From contig OZ176052.1 in NCBI GenBank assembly GCA_964247055.1, positions 6,758,001 to 6,822,000 on the forward strand: DNA of 64,000 nt, given 5' to 3'. The stretch's first letter is position 1. Each line of letters starts with the position of its first letter. The translations under genes were made by a program, and so were the position numbers. Under the pieces are notes generated by a model. That model saw only the letters and a list, made by a program, of their open reading frames with translations, did not search any database and had not been told where the DNA came from. Of the stretch, positions 26,108 to 39,325 are shown one piece after another. Source of the stretch: Paragordius varius. Lineage: Eukaryota > Animalia > Nematomorpha.

Positions 26108-29100
26108 TTAATTTAAGATACATCCAGAACATTTAGTTTCATTCGATCGATTAAATGTCTGATAAATCTTGTTTTCGGGACCATATATACAAACTTCTTG
26201 ATGATCATCGTTATCGGTTGTTTTATATTTTACAATTGCATATGGTATAGCGATTATGGTTTGTTTCTATAGGGGCAAAACATTTTAGCATTATTACATC
26301 ATAAAGAAGGATGATTTTATATAATTATACAATAACTTTTCTATAAACTATTAAAATTCCGTGTGATTTGTTGAATCGAATGAAAAAAATATAACTTTAA
26401 AAGTTAATATATATAGAACGGGTGTTCAACGCTCTGCCATTCAAGATATTTTGTGTAGCCCACAATAAATTGGAAATTATTCTCAAAAGTATTGTTATTT
26501 ATATGATTATTTATAAAATTGATATTTATTACATATTTCTGAATGAGTATTTCCAGATCTTAATAAGTGAAATTAGTCAGTTATTATATTTTTTACAGTT
26601 TTATTTTAAATCTATGATATTTATAAATGTCTATATATACATTTAGCCCGCGGCTTTGTGTTAAGCACCCCCCTATCAAAATAATTTTTACTTGTTTAAT
26701 AACTCTTTCGTATTTTGTAATTTGTTGGTGCTCCAAGAATAAGCGTTGCGCATTTTCATTTATATCTTCCTCAAAAAAATCATCGACTGGGCACACCTTA
26801 TAAAAAATTATATCGTATAATATAGAAATAATTTGTGTATTAAAATAATCACTTTGGGTAAAATTTGTTCCATCATTGTTATCCCTTTTATTTCATGGAT
26901 GTCGGAAGTTGGAAATTGTTCTGAGCCGTGGATATATTCTGACCAATGATTGGAACTTAAAAAATAATAGATATAATCTTGAAGTAAATCTGATACGATT
27001 AAATAATCTTTTACTTTAAGAAAAAAAAGATATTATAATTAAATTTTTATAATGATTACTTAAATTTAAAACTATTTTTGTGATTTTAAATACAAAATGT
27101 TTTTATTAAATTAGTATGTGAATACATTTTTTAACCCCTTCATAAATAAAATATTTTCCGGTTTTATATATAAATTTACAGTAAAAATGAAATTATACGA
27201 CAAAACGTTATATAAAGACAAATGTTTTTTTCTAAAAGAAAACCATACTTTTTAAATCTTTATTTTTAATATATAACTGGTTGTTTTAAACTCTAAAATA
27301 GAGACATAAATACGAAATCAACTAGGTATTTTAGCTTGTATTAAAATAATCTTTATAGGATAAAAACTTTAAGAACGTTTAGGTTGTATTTTAAAATATT
27401 TGTCTTTATATTTTTACGTTTTGTCCGTATAATTTCCATTATTAATATATAATAAAATTTGCAAAATTCATTAGTTTTATTTCACATAAACGTAGTTAAC
27501 GGTATATATTTGTATTTAAACTATTTTAAACAAATTATGATGCATATGGTCTAGGTAGAGCATAAAACAATTTGGATTCATGCATAGATGTCTCTTTTCC
27601 CATTTAAAAATATTCATGGTTTCATAATTTATTGCGTTTATCATGTCCTAATAAAGCGTTGGGACCTGGACTATCGGATTGTTGTAAAAGTAATTACCCT
27701 TATTATTCGTAAAAGTGGTCAAAATTTTAACTTTATATATGACCTATTTTGGAGTTGTTAATAGTTACTTGTATCGTATAAAAATATTCATTCGCATTTT
27801 TATTTCAAACACTCTTACTGAATTGATAATGTATTATTTATCATATTTTTTATTGATATGTTTTAATTTTTTGGTCCAAAATCAAGTAGCATGTGAGAAT
27901 GATCTAGATCTTAAAAATATTCATTTTGTAAAATAATACTGTAAACTATATAATTGTTTACTGTTTGATGGTGAGTTTGATATACTGTTTTAAACCACGT
28001 TTTCCTTTGCAGCCGTCACATAATAATCTGCCTTCCGTATCACATGTCTGGCATCTAAAATATATTCGTTAATTTATGACGAATTAATATCGGCTTTAGA
28101 GTATAGTTATTGAAGTGTATGGAGCAATTTATGTACAAATAATATATAGTTTTGTACCTTTTGTCTTCTAATCTTATCGAACAATCACTTTCAGAGTGCA
28201 GAATTATAATATTTTTAAATTGCCCTTTGGCCAAAATATATATAGGTATTCATATAAAAACCGATTACACTGGACAACAAATTTTTCTGCCACTCGTTTT
28301 TGCATTTTCTGATATTTAGTATCATTTTAACAGTAAATCTGAAATAAAAATTATAACTCGATGGAAGAATTTTGTATAATTTGATTTTTTGATTATGCGC
28401 CCTCTTTATCAAAATTTTAATAAAAAAATGTTTTTCTTTGAAAATATACAAGTAATGCCCATTTGTAATATATCATTCGAAAGAGTAATAAAAACTCTAT
28501 AAAATGCATACTAATATGTATTACATCGACAATTAATATTAGACACAGAGAGCGACAAACGTGCGAAGCGAGAATTTTTGTTAAATATTATATTTTTAAA
28601 ACTAATGGATGAAAATAGCTCAAACTTTGTTTAGATAGTGATGAATGCCCAAAAAAGATAACAGAAGAAAAATTTTTTGATTAAAACATTTTTTTATTGC
28701 TTTTATGTCACATAAAACAGCCATTTTTAAGTTTTTTGTTTTTTAAAAATTACCATCTCATCAATATTAATTTATTTTCTTTACGAGGCTGATAATTTCA
28801 AAATTTTAAAGATAAAATTAAAGTTTAAGGTATTTTTGATCTTTTATAGCCTTTATGTGATAAATTTACAGTTATAACTGTGCATTTTAGTATCCTCTAG
28901 GTAAAATATTTATGATAATAATAATTTTTAACAAAAAAGCAAACCAAAAGCTTTTTCAAACATTTTTTTTAAATTAAATACTAATTTTACCCTAATAATT
29001 ATATTAAAATAATTTATATGATTTTCAAATTAGTATGTCTGTAAAGATTCCTGACTTATTTATGAATTGAAAATTTCGACCATTTAAATCCAAATAACTT

Positions 29101-32100
29101 TTACATCCGATTGATTTAAATGACTTACTACCATTTAAAAGATGCAGTTTTTTGCGCTCTTTCGAATGATATAAAATACATGGCTTCATATCTAAAACTT
29201 TAAATTTTCGAAATTTCGAGTTTAATGTTAAATCGGGGCCAAAAAATTATCGATAAACTCTAATATAAAAAAATTCTTTCATGCTAGACCAATTTTCTTT
29301 TCACATATACTAATTATGTCCTTTAATGAAATAAATTTTAAATTTACAAGAATGGCAGTTAAAAAAAGTTAAAATTTGTTGTCTAGTGTTATGATTATAG
29401 TTAGTCCACATGATTCGTTTACTGGTGGAAACACGAACCCACAATAAGAATTTTTCGATATACAAATACTATTTGTGCCAAAAATTCGAGGCAAAAAACT
29501 TAACTCTCATAACAAAACAGCAAAAGCAGTTTTTTAGAAACGTCTAAAAGATAATAAATTTAATGTTAAATATATTAATATAATTCAGATCTTGAATATC
29601 GAATTTAGTTTACTTCATATTAATTATTAAAGACGACATCGCATAAAAATATCTGCATTTAATTTTTTACAAAGAGAGAGGCAAAACCAACTCACTAAGG
29701 AGGTAAGACTCATATTGTAAAATCATATCAAAATTCTTTTGTCCTTATTGATTTTTAAACAATATAGTAATAGGCACGTTAAAATATTATTGTTAATTTT
29801 CTAGCCTTTTTCTTCCTCTGCCGCTACAGGTAAAACAAAAATCTTTGTTTCGCCCAAAAGTACCGCTAGTTAATGTATTCCCCAAAATCCCTACTCCCTT
29901 CTTAAGGCTTTTGGCCAATTTGGGGGAAGGTGTGCTTGTGATAGAACCACCTAAACTCACAGATCCTGACAAATGCCCCGTCCCAGCACACGAGATGCAT
30001 GTAACGGTTCCGCGCCCCGAACATCTCCAGCATCGTTTCCAACCATCCGCTCCACATATATTACATTTCTTTGGTAAATGATAAAATTTATATATTTTGC
30101 GTATATGTATTGGCTAAGTCACTATTGGTTTCATATAAAGACAATGAGATATTATTAACAGCTAAAAATTTTTGGTCCATTTTAATAACGATAATGAATT
30201 GAATATATATATACTCCCAGTCAAAAAAACGTTTTCCCAGTCAATCGATACAATTTCCTTGTCAATAAAAACATTTTTCCAATCCAAAGGTCTTATTTTT
30301 GATAGATATATAATCTTTTAATCATTATCAGAAAATCACAATTATCGAATGAGAATTCCAATTATATACCAATACACTCACAATCATTCATGACTTATTC
30401 TTTTGAAGTTATATTTTATTAGGTTTAGTCGTTTATGGTTTTTGAGTATTTTTGTAAAAAATATTTTTAAGAAAATTTTTCATGATCCTTTTTATTATAA
30501 CAATTGAGATCGATGGTTCACATTAATATTCGGGGTTAACCTAAAAACATCTATAGTTTCAGATGAATTTACAAAATTAAAAAATTACCATTTTTATCTC
30601 AAATTGCTCATTTAACGTTTCAAATTGGTTTTAAAACATTTCAAGTTTGCGTTTGAGAACCAATTATAGCCGTTAATTTATTTGTAGCTAATTTCATTTT
30701 TAAATAAAAGTCTTCCCATTTCATCTCAAAATTAATGCCCTTAATAACCCTCATATTATAACTAAACGATCTTCCGAAATTCAAAAAAATACATTTTTGA
30801 CCCAAAATTCGAACTATTAATATAAATTATTATTATATATAAAACCAGTTAAATATATCGCCATGGAATAACGATATCGTATGTAACGCATAGCTTACTA
30901 CTTATGATAAGCATATATGATATATAGTTTTGCATTAAATATACCCATCCCATGATATATATTATCTAACTTATATACTTATGTATAATTTACGCAAAAT
31001 TTATTGTTTATGTGGTTTTTTTGTGCGCCATTCGATAATTTTTTATCCAATAATATTGCTCTCTACTGAAATTTATAACTAAACAATTCTATTAAAAGTT
31101 AAATATACTCCATATGAAGCTGTAAATGGTATTTCCATATGCGATTCTGCATCCCTGAACAATATTTTCGGTGAGCAGGGAATATCCCAAGGTTCGGGGG
31201 GCATCAAATCCTGTAATTCAACCTTTAATGATTTACTCCTGATACAAAAAAATATTATTTTTTAAAAGGTTATGTATTAGGATTGAATATATATCGCATA
31301 ATAATATTACTGTGCGGCGAAAATGGGCAAAAAATAAAGGTTAATGAATCATATATCAATCAATAGCCAAGGTTCCAGGTACGCGGTTAAAATATTAGAA
31401 AAAAAGTTATTTTAATTTCTGTTTTTAGCCAAAATCAAATAATCGCATTTTTTCCCATATTAAGTCAAATAAAATTAAATACAATAGATGAAAAAGTGTC
31501 AACTAAATTTTATTTGTTTTAATATAGCATTACAATAATTCTAAACGCAAAATAAAACTAACATGGATTTTACATTTTTTCGGAGGGTCCCAGAAAGATT
31601 TTCAAGAATATTAGCTAAAATTCGCACTTTGTCGTCAAATTGAATCATAAAAACTTATTAATATCCGGTTTTCTAATTTTTATTAGAAAAATCATATCTC
31701 TCTCATAGAGATTACCCAATATATCGTCTTCAAAAAAATTTGAGCCTTATATAAAAAAAGAAAATTTTTCGATAATTTGTTCTAGGCGTATAATTTTTAT
31801 AACATCCAATATAAATATTATAAATACTTTTTCCATACAATTATGAAAAAAGTATCTATCATCTCAGATTTTTGATTTAGGGAGTTTTTTCACCCGAAAT
31901 TGATTATATATTTTTGGCACCATTTTGATACCGGATTTAGGGCATTTCATCTAAACGGAAAAGTTATTTAGAAATATGTTGGATGTTTTGTAAAAATTAT
32001 ATGGAGCTTCCGCTTTGATACTAATTATTGAAAAATATTCTTTATTATTAAGGCTTAAATTTTTTTTGAAGGCTATATATTGGGTAATTTTTTTAAAGTT

Positions 32101-34405
32101 AATATATGATTGTTTTTATAAAAATTAAAATCTTTTATCGCATATTAATAAGTTATTACGATTCAAATTTGACAACAAAGTACGATTTTTTAGCTTATAT
32201 TCTTGTTTGACTATATAAGACCCTCCGAAAAAATGAATCTTTGTTGATAATTTTTGCGTTTACAATTATCCTTATGCTATATTCAAAAAATTTGGTTGAT
32301 ATGTTTTCACCTATATTTAATATTATTTGACCTAAGATGGGAAAAATGCGATATGGCTAATAAAAAAATTAAAATAACTTTTTTTTAGCATTTAAACCGC
32401 ATATATATCAATATTCATTACCCTGAAGCTTTTGGATATCGAATGATATATGATTTAATGACATTTTTTTATTGCTGCGTACCGTGTATTATTATATCAT
32501 AAACCTTTGGCCAATCAATAATCCTTCATTTGAGTTGTTAGATGGCCCATTTGTACCCTGTAGCCGGACAATGTTTATTAGAGACGTATCTGTTGGTAAT
32601 TTTTCTGCGACCTTGGCAGATATATTTTCCATTTTGGAAATCGTGTTTCTCTTTTCAGCCGTGTTTTCTAACCATTCCCATGGTTCTTGAGCCCATTCAA
32701 CAGATCTAGATTCGGTAAACGTGTCCAATCTATACTATAGTTAAATTAAACATTCTTATAAAAAAGCCAACTTAGTTATGAGATAATAAAATGGGAGAAC
32801 CAAGTGAAAAAGGTGGCCTCATTAAACTTTCGATTTATTGATCCAAAACTACATATAAACTATTAGATGACAGGTAACAAGGCATATTTAAATTATAGCA
32901 TAATAGAAAAGGAGATGAAAGGAGCATTCGAAATGGATTTCCTTAAGCACAGATAAATTATCAGAATTAGAATTTAAAAATAACAAAAAGAGAGCTCTCT
33001 AAAATTTATATGACCAATTGAACAGCAAAGAAGGAAATCTTTTGAAAAACAAGTGGAATTCTCACTATTTACTTTATCTAGGAACTTTGTTTTCCAACAC
33101 AAAATACATGAAAAAATACATTTACCTATCGAAACTTAACCTACTTTTAAGCTTTTTACAGAATTGCTGGCCCATCCGCGAATGAGGTCGTGGGCATGCA
33201 AGATTCAACCTTCTTCTATACCCATCCTTAACAATTACATCGTTATTAATAATAAACGAAATGGGCTTAAAGCCGATTTAATAATCATGAACATCCTGAG
33301 CTGTTACGAATCATAACATTTTCCAATTTTGAAAAGTTTAGTGCCTTAGTTATTATTACAAATTTTGTATCCCCTTTATACCATTTCTAAGTCAAAAACA
33401 ACATTTTTTTCAAAAGCAACAATTTTTTTTAAAATTAAAACAAATGTTACTTGACCAGTTATCGTTAAGTATAGATGGTAAAATGTTCAAACATTTTAAT
33501 TTTGCCCATAACTTAATTGTATTATTTTTATGTAAATATCTATTTTTTTATATCCACAGTTATTTTCACTAACAAATGGCCATCTAATTAATAGTAGATA
33601 AATATTGGAGTTTAATATTTTAACGAATATTAATATTTAAAAAATTAACCATGGTATTTACTATAATTATTTTTTTACTAGACAATATTATTTCACTTAA
33701 ATCACATATATAAAAAAGTGGACATACAAATACCTCAAATATATTTAAAAACCAATAGTACTTACAATGTATATACAGTAATTGCTTAGCTTTGTTATCA
33801 TAACTTCGCGGTGTGTTGATCGAATATTATAACACCACATAGATTGAGGTTTTTCATTTATAATTTTAAGCACATCCGTTTCAGATATCATGGGTATCCT
33901 ATAAAATTGTAAAAACAAATAAAATAATTCCAGAAAAATACCCTTTTTTAGAAACAGATTAAATATTATAATAGAAGTTAGTCTAATTCAAAATTCCTCA
34001 TTTAACGGAATTTAACGCAAGTTTTGTATTTACTGTAAGAATATAAGAGGTAAACAAATGTATTCTTAGTTTTAAGTTTAAATTATTTATAATATGATAT
34101 AATTATCACCAAGATTTAAACTAGCTATAAGATAAAAAATAGTTTTCTTACTCTTTATATTCATTCATGGCTGAATATGTTATATCGATGGGGGTTAACA
34201 TCGGAGGTGTCAAAAGATCTGCAAAAAAAATATGTATTAATTACACCCTAAACTTAAAATAAAAAGATGTGATATATAGTGTGATGACTTGTTTTAATCA
34301 TTAGTATATAAAATGAGAATCGACCGTTTTGTTTAACTCCAATTCAAAATTAGAGTCAATTAATCAGATGTTTACTTTGTTTTAAAATGGCTTACGAAAT
34401 CTGGC

Positions 34406-34451
<46 letters not shown>

Positions 34452-34587
34452 GTATACGTGAGTTCCAATCAACGTATTCATATCCAATCGGTGGCTGAAT
34501 TGTTGGATTTAAACTAGCTGTTTTATTTTCATCTTCCAAGGCATCCTCCAAAGCTTCATTCATATCAGAAAGATCTAAATTATTCAT
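26108..34587 (-). CDS. SSUH2: SSUH2/ssu-2 homolog (DnaJ-type CxxCxGxG zinc-finger region), ~470 aa from ATG 34587; exons 34587-34458, 34218-34152, 33898-33766, 32734-32505, 31238-31109, 30068-29806, 28054-27962, 26955-26853, 26796-26692, 26266-26108
   Basis: YRLDTFTESRSVEW, PEPWDIP..LF..EIPFTAS, CNICGADG..CWRCSGRG..CISCAGTG..CFTCSGRG..CQTCDTEG..CDGCKG, VCPVDDFFEEDINENAQR..EH, RVIKQKQTI and terminal KCSGCILN* match the recalled SSUH2 layout. Ten exons are in consistent phase (1413 nt). Confidence 0.88.
28268..29388. mobile_element. Chapaev3-like (CMC superfamily) MITE, 1121 bp, in an SSUH2 intron
   Basis: TIR CACTGGACAACAAATTTT / AAAATTTGTTGTCTAGTG with 3-bp TSD TTA on both sides; a close inverted copy lies at 39458-40580. 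Confidence 0.8.
31345..32460. repeat. Foldback/long inverted repeat (~400-bp arms at ~31345-31760 and ~32045-32460) filling an SSUH2 intron
   Basis: TCGCATTTTTCCCAT vs ATGGGAAAAATGCGA; TTTTTTCGGAGGGTC vs GACCCTCCGAAAAAA; TTGTCGTCAAATTGAATC vs GATTCAAATTTGACAACAA. Confidence 0.75.
34409..34449. repeat. (AT)n microsatellite; others near 36487-36512 and 45950-45968
   Basis: Uninterrupted TA dinucleotide runs; they explain the YIYIYI tails in the ORF track. Confidence 0.95.
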
Positions 34588-35148
34588 TATGTACAAAAAT
34601 AAAATTTTGATAAATATTACCAATATTGTATATAAAAGTATTAAATTCCTAATTTTTAAACTTGTGTCATAACTCAATATGGATGATTTTCTTATTCGTT
34701 TAAAATATTTATGCAAATCTTTCATGTAATCCGTTAGCAAACCATCTTCATAATCTTGGGGAGTTATGAATACAAGACTGGCTAATATAATGGTCATATC
34801 AACGAACATTTTTAATTCTAAAATGCGGTGTTTCCAATTATTGAATAGACCGCTGTTGTCTAAATTTAGAAAAGTCGCTAAGTTATTTCCTTTAGAGTTT
34901 GTTTCTCCTTCAAAAAATTGATTTTCGTTCGTGAACATATTAGATGAAAGGTTAATTAAAATGTTTTCATTTATTAATATGATGGGTGGAGTCATGTGGC
35001 ATTTCGCATTTTGGCTATTTTTTCGATTGTCGGTATTTAAAAGATTGGAATTCTTTTTATTGACAACACAACCTTCCAATGAGGTAAACAACCCTTTTCT
35101 ATTATCGGCCAAATTAGTCTTTTCAAAAAGTTTTTTTGATACTTTTAC
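34588..35148 (-). CDS. Long open frame continuous with SSUH2 exon 1 (unknown domain); probably joined to an upstream exon at ~35847-35733
   Basis: Part of the 279-aa ORF 34372-35211. Acceptor ..GATGCCAG|AA (phase 1) matches an upstream donor TAC G|GTAAGT after YQKADLLYVLGSNVLKEYL..REQLKY. Confidence 0.5.
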
Positions 35149-36483
35149 AGATATTTCTGGCATCAATGGACGTTTGGTGAACGTAGAACAAAATATAAGG
35201 ATAAAAAACACAATGATCGGGATTTTGTTCGATTGATAATCGCAAATGAAAAATTTATAATGAAAAATTAATTATTAATGAGACTATAATCAAATTAATG
35301 AAACTCATACAATGTAAATATTTTTAATCTATACTCATCAATTATTAATAAAAATGAATGCGTGTGGTCGATCTATACATATATTTTTGTCAAAAATATC
35401 CATATATCATGCATGGTCTATGAAAACCGATATGTCATGCTGTTAAAATCTCGATCTAATAAATGTATAAATCGTTTTGCTAGTCTGACATTTTAATCTA
35501 TATATACTATTCCCACATTCATGCGATAGAAATACATTTGTTTATTACAGGTAATACTTTAATTCATAGGCATCTATTTTCATTATTTAAATATACAACA
35601 TTATAAAACATGAATTTGTAGTAAACGCCATAAAGAGCTAAAATTATTTACATCTTTTCTGTGCATATAAAATTTTGGCTGCTTTGTTACAGCATATTTA
35701 TTAGCGAAAATATTGTAAGTTGCAAACTTACCGTATTTCAGTTGTTCTCTCATATAACTTTGGCCCCTATTTTTCGTTTTAAAGACCAAATATTCTTTTA
35801 AAACATTACTACCCAAAACATATAAAAGATCCGCCTTTTGATACTATATATATATATGATGTGCCAATTTGTTTTTTACATAAAAAATTAACTAAAATAT
35901 CGGTCTTGTCTAAAAACACTTAGTTTTTGGGCATTAGCTTCTTATTTATTTATTTATTTAAGACACCCATTTGAAACCTATGATTGACAAATAATAATTA
36001 TATGCCAATCGATAATATTCCATAGTAAAAGGTTTATATCATATGGCTTATTTTTGTAATAAATATTTTGGCATGTAAAAGGCTTAAATCGTATTTGTAC
36101 ATCTCAGAACTGAACTGGTTATTCAGAAGTAACGCATAAAAGGAGCTATGTAAAAACTGTTTTTATAAAAAATAAATGAAGTATTACTTTGGTATTTTTC
36201 AATTAAAGCCCCCAAGACAAAATTTTATGAAAAAACAATTTTGATCATATTTTAAAAATCTTACCTTTGCATTTTAGATGCTGATAATATAAATAGCCTA
36301 TTAAATTTTTACTATTATTCTAAATTTAGGTTTTAGCCATTTTTTAGAGCTGACGGCTTAATTCAGTTTTTTGATTCATTTTTCCCATTAAGACCATGAA
36401 ATATTATTTCGGGGTTTTAGAAGCTGGTGAGTTTCATTATCCAAAAATATCATTAGTAAACAATTTTAACCTTAAATTTGGCA

Positions 36484-36514
<31 letters not shown>

Positions 36515-36524
36515 TCCTTTATGT

Positions 36525-36778
36525 CAGGAATGTCCAACATGCCGCCCTCCGAGTCTTTATGTGCGGCCCGCCATTTTGAAATTCATTATTTGCAAAAATA
36601 TGCTCATAAAATCAGCAAAATTAATATTTCTTAAAAATTATTCCGAATAAGTCTAACTAGAAAAAATTAATATTGCGTTGGCATTTTGCAGTCTTATGAT
36701 TGAAAATCTACTAAATTATTAATGAATGCCCATATATTCGAATGCGGCCCACAAATCCATTTATGTTGGACACTCCTG
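36525..36778. mobile_element. Short hAT (Charlie/Buster-type) MITE
   Basis: TIR CAGGAATGTCCAACAT / ATGTTGGACACTCCTG with internal GCGGCCC motifs; TSD not cleanly preserved. Confidence 0.65.
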
Positions 36779-39325
36779 GCCTTTAGCCCAAAATGTTAAT
36801 CTATTAGGAGTGTGACCACAATGAATCAAGTTTTGCGCTAAATGAGTTTGATAAAATACAAAGAAAAATAAAATCATTGATTTTAGTCAATAAAAACAAT
36901 GTGATTTTAATAGTCAGATTGTAAGAATTACATGTATTATTTTTTATTACATGATACTAACATCAGAATAACTAAAAAACAAAGATATATTTATTAATAT
37001 TTTTCTAGTTAAAATATTCAAAGAGTTTTTTAAATAAAACTATGGGCAAAAATTAAATTGTGGGTTAGGGATCGGTTTTAAATTGTTATCTAAAATTATC
37101 TCAATTTGGCCAAATACGTTTTTAAATCATTTCTATCGTTTCAAATAATTTATAGTAATCAAGTAAATAATTTAATACATGGTGGCAAAACTTTAAATTT
37201 CATATTAGGTAATAGAAGACCATTACATAATTTTGATGCATTTAAAATATGCTATCATTCATCTAAAAGCTTTATTTTATTCTTACGGTTTTAATTGTAA
37301 TGTTTAATATTTAGTAACTTTCTCAATAATAAAACTGGCCAGAATTCGCTCCCAAATTCTTCTTATAATAGGTATTTAAGGCTAATTAGACTTATTTTTT
37401 TAATAGTATGCTTATATTGTAAATTTGGCATAAACCATAGTAATTAACTATTAAAATGATATATTTCATTGAAAGTGTATTTAAAGTTCCAGAAGCTCAG
37501 ATTCTTAACAATTGATGATGTCTGCTTAAATACTATCAATATTTTTGGAAAATCTTTTGGGTTTCCACAATTGTTTTCCAAATACCAAAAATATAATATA
37601 TCTCATTACACAATATCTACATATTCCTGTCATAATATATTCTGATAGGAAAATTTATCAGGATTATTATGGTGCTTTTAGTTTTGGGCATTACGAGTAA
37701 TATAAGAAAATAATTTGAGATTGCATATGGTGATTTTGCAAAAAATGGTGGTTAAATTGTTATAAAATGTTGATAATCAGTGTAATTATCATAAAAATGT
37801 TTTATACTAAATAAACAATTTTTAGTTATATGTTCTTTTATATTAACCGCCCACATCTAACTTCTTAGATACAACACATTTATTTAATCCTCCGGTTCGA
37901 ATTGGGGTGGGAAAAGTTCAGGCCTATTGAAACCAAACATTGATGCACAAAAAGATTAAAAATTTATTGAATAAAACTTGATATTATTATAAACTTACAA
38001 GTAAAAATATATTCAACATGACATTGCATTAAGTAAATATAAAAAGAATGCAAAACACTTTTTCCGTTTACATTATTGTTAGATGTGATTTAAATAAAAA
38101 ATTAGCTATAATTTTAACGTTAGAATCAAACAAACACGATATTTTGCAAAAATGTGTAAAATAAAAATGGCATCGAAGTATTTTGATATAAAACTTTTGT
38201 TCAAAACTAAATTTTATTTAGATATTTTGGCTTATTTAATTAAGTTTAATTAGGATAGAAGCGTATAGTTAAATTAAAACAGTTTCTTTTAACAGTTTTT
38301 TGCAGCCTAAAAGTCCGGGATCACTAAATACCCCAATTCAAATGAAAGGAAAAAAACGTTTTTAAACAATATGCGTTTCATGCCCAATTTGTAAAAAATA
38401 ACTGGCTGATAAAAAAACTATTGTTTCAATTTATAAACAATAATTTACATAAAAATCTTTTAATTTAAACAAAAAGAAATTTTGAAAAAAGTTATGTTAA
38501 TTACAATTTAAACATAATATAACCTTATTCAAAAATGTATTTTTTGGTTTAAAGAATTTTAAGGATGTTTTAAGTGATTGAATGTTTATATAAAACAATT
38601 TTTCCATCAGTCAGTTATCTTTACAATTTAAGCATAAAAACGTGTTTGAAAAACTACCTTTAAGTTAAATATTTTAAGTAGGCAATTAATGAGAAAAGTA
38701 ACTTGATATTTAAAACATAGTTAGTTCCAAAACCAAAAGAACCATCATAATCCTGATACATTTTTTTAAAGATAGATTTAGGATAATTTTTGTGGACATG
38801 TTTAATAATCAATATATTTGATTAATTACTTTCTGGTGGAGGTAATTTTAACTTGAGTTTCTTCATGTTTTTCGCCAACCATCGATTGAGATCGATTGCC
38901 CGACCTTTTTCATATCTAATTTTGCTCAATTCATTTTCGTCTTTGTCAATGTAACTAATAGTTCCGATCGAGGAAATAGATCCAAATGTTTCTTTTGATA
39001 AATTTAATGTAATTTATGTGTTACATATTAAGTTAATGATAAAATATATATAAATCATAGTGAAATAGAAAGTAACTGTATCACGATAACATATGCATTA
39101 TTTTTGGTAAATTACGCAGGGCTTCTTAAACTTTTGTAGTTCCCGACCCCATTTATGATTGCGAGTTTCTTAACGACCCCAACAAATATAAATAAAAATA
39201 ACACTTAGAAATTTTGTTGATAATATTTATCAGGATTATTTCAATTTTAAGAGATTGACAAAAATAAATCTACATTTTTTATAAATTTCTATATTTTCTA
39301 ATTCATAGTAAATTTATACTAGATA

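Noticed and set aside
29845-30081. 78-aa Pro-rich plus-strand ORF
   Set aside because: Antisense shadow of the SSUH2 zinc-finger exon.
34931-35236. 101-aa hydrophobic plus-strand ORF
   Set aside because: Antisense to the longer minus-strand ORF; no independent support.
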